From the NCBI GenBank assembly GCA_039818205.1, contig JBCBUK010000028.1, positions 1 through 24,996 on the forward strand: a stretch of 24,996 nt of DNA, written 5' to 3'. The notes under the pieces were generated by a model, which saw only the letters and a program-made list of their open reading frames with translations, ran no database searches and was not told where the DNA came from. Origin of the DNA: Verrucomicrobiota bacterium. GTDB taxonomy: Bacteria; Verrucomicrobiota; Verrucomicrobiia; Opitutales; Cerasicoccaceae. Below are positions 24,257 to 24,996 of this stretch, one piece after another (positions within the stretch are counted from its first letter, which is position 1; the number at the start of each line of letters is the position of its first letter). A program made the position numbers and the translations under genes.

Positions 24257-24996
24257 AAGCCGATTTACGATCAAGGCTATCGATAAGACTCAACGGGTCT
24301 TGCGCGGGATTCGTCGCGGTTTCAATGACACGGCAACGAAGGTTCGGAATTCGTTGGCTATCGCCACAGCCGCGATTCTACTGTTCGCTTCGGGAGGCCT
24401 GTCTGCGGCTGATTCGCTCGCGAAAATCAGCGATCAAAGTCAGCTCGCAACCGAGAACGTTCAAGCCTATCGCCTTGCGATGGAGTTGGCTGGAGGCTCA
24501 AGCCAAGGTCTGGACAAGTCGATTGTTCAAATGAACAAGAACATCGGGATCGCGGTTCGTGACGGCGGTTCCCTTGAGCGTGTATTTGAAAGCCTTGGCC
24601 TGCGAGCTTCAGACCTGGCAGCGCTCGGAACCGATGAGGCCTTTGAACAAATAGGCGAGGCGATTTCGAAGCTACCGACAGCCGCTCAAAAGTCAGCGGC
24701 AGCATTGCAAATATTTGGCCGGCAGGGACGAGAGATGCTCACCCTTTTTAAAGACGGTCGAGCGGGTATTGACGCAGCCAGGGAAGATATTGAAGCGCTT
24801 GGCTTGGCCATGTCTCGGGTTGATGCCGCAAAGGTGGAGATCGCAAACGATCAGCTAACGCGCCTGAACCAAGTCAGCCGGGGTGCTAGTCAGATTCTAG
24901 CCGCCGAGCTTGCGCCAATAATTGACGACATCGCATCCCGATTCCTGAACTCCGCGAAAGAGGCGGGCGGGCTTCAGATGCAGATTGAAAAAGCGG
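24237..24996 (+). CDS. Tail tape measure protein (5' part, not in ORF track)
   Basis: GTG 24237 is open to the window end: MAKNETESRFTIKAIDKTQRVLRGI...ADSLAKISDQ...AAALQIFGRQGREML, Ala-rich and helical. Confidence 0.92.
   Translation, partial: MAKNETESRFTIKAIDKTQRVLRGIRRGFNDTATKVRNSLAIATAAILLFASGGLSAADSLAKISDQSQLATENVQAYRLAMELAGGSSQGLDKSIVQMNKNIGIAVRDGGSLERVFESLGLRASDLAALGTDEAFEQIGEAISKLPTAAQKSAAALQIFGRQGREMLTLFKDGRAGIDAAREDIEALGLAMSRVDAAKVEIANDQLTRLNQVSRGASQILAAELAPIIDDIASRFLNSAKEAGGLQMQIEKA

Larger units (their letters stand above)
1..24996. mobile_element. Temperate siphovirus-type phage/prophage segment (immunity, replication, packaging, head and proximal tail modules)
   Basis: Repressor, primase-helicase, cos, terminase, portal, capsid, tail tube, chaperone and tape measure genes in lambdoid order. 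The sequence reads through cos, so it is a prophage or a circular/concatemeric assembly. Confidence 0.97.

Noticed and set aside
24325..24705. Track ORFs 24325-24534 (+) and 24427-24705 (-)
   Set aside because: They are alternative-frame artefacts inside the tape measure gene.

Overview
The window is a continuous segment of a temperate, long-tailed (siphovirus-type) phage or prophage. From left to right it holds: a leftward CI/LexA-type repressor that runs off the window (missed by the ORF track) and a divergent switch; an early operon of small genes; a recombination/replication module (clamp-loader-like AAA+ ATPase, RecT-like annealase, DEDD exonuclease, SSB-like protein, ERCC4 nuclease, RecD2 split into two genes, HhH-glycosylase-like protein, TOPRIM primase-helicase, iteron/DnaA-box origin, PD-(D/E)XK nuclease); a lambda-like cos site; and terminase, portal, ClpP-type protease/scaffold, capsid, connector and tail genes up to the start of the tape measure gene. 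No integrase or lysis genes are in the window. The most notable signals are: (1) what looks like a complete integron gene cassette, with attC and complementary core sites, inserted in the phage early operon with no integrase nearby; (2) a repeated late-promoter motif, ARCCACA-N5-TAGAMT, with apparently leaderless starts; (3) the split RecD2; (4) a structured RNA element upstream of the recombinase; (5) a lambda-like cos predicting 11-nt cohesive ends. All product calls come from motif recognition by eye, and no database searches were run.
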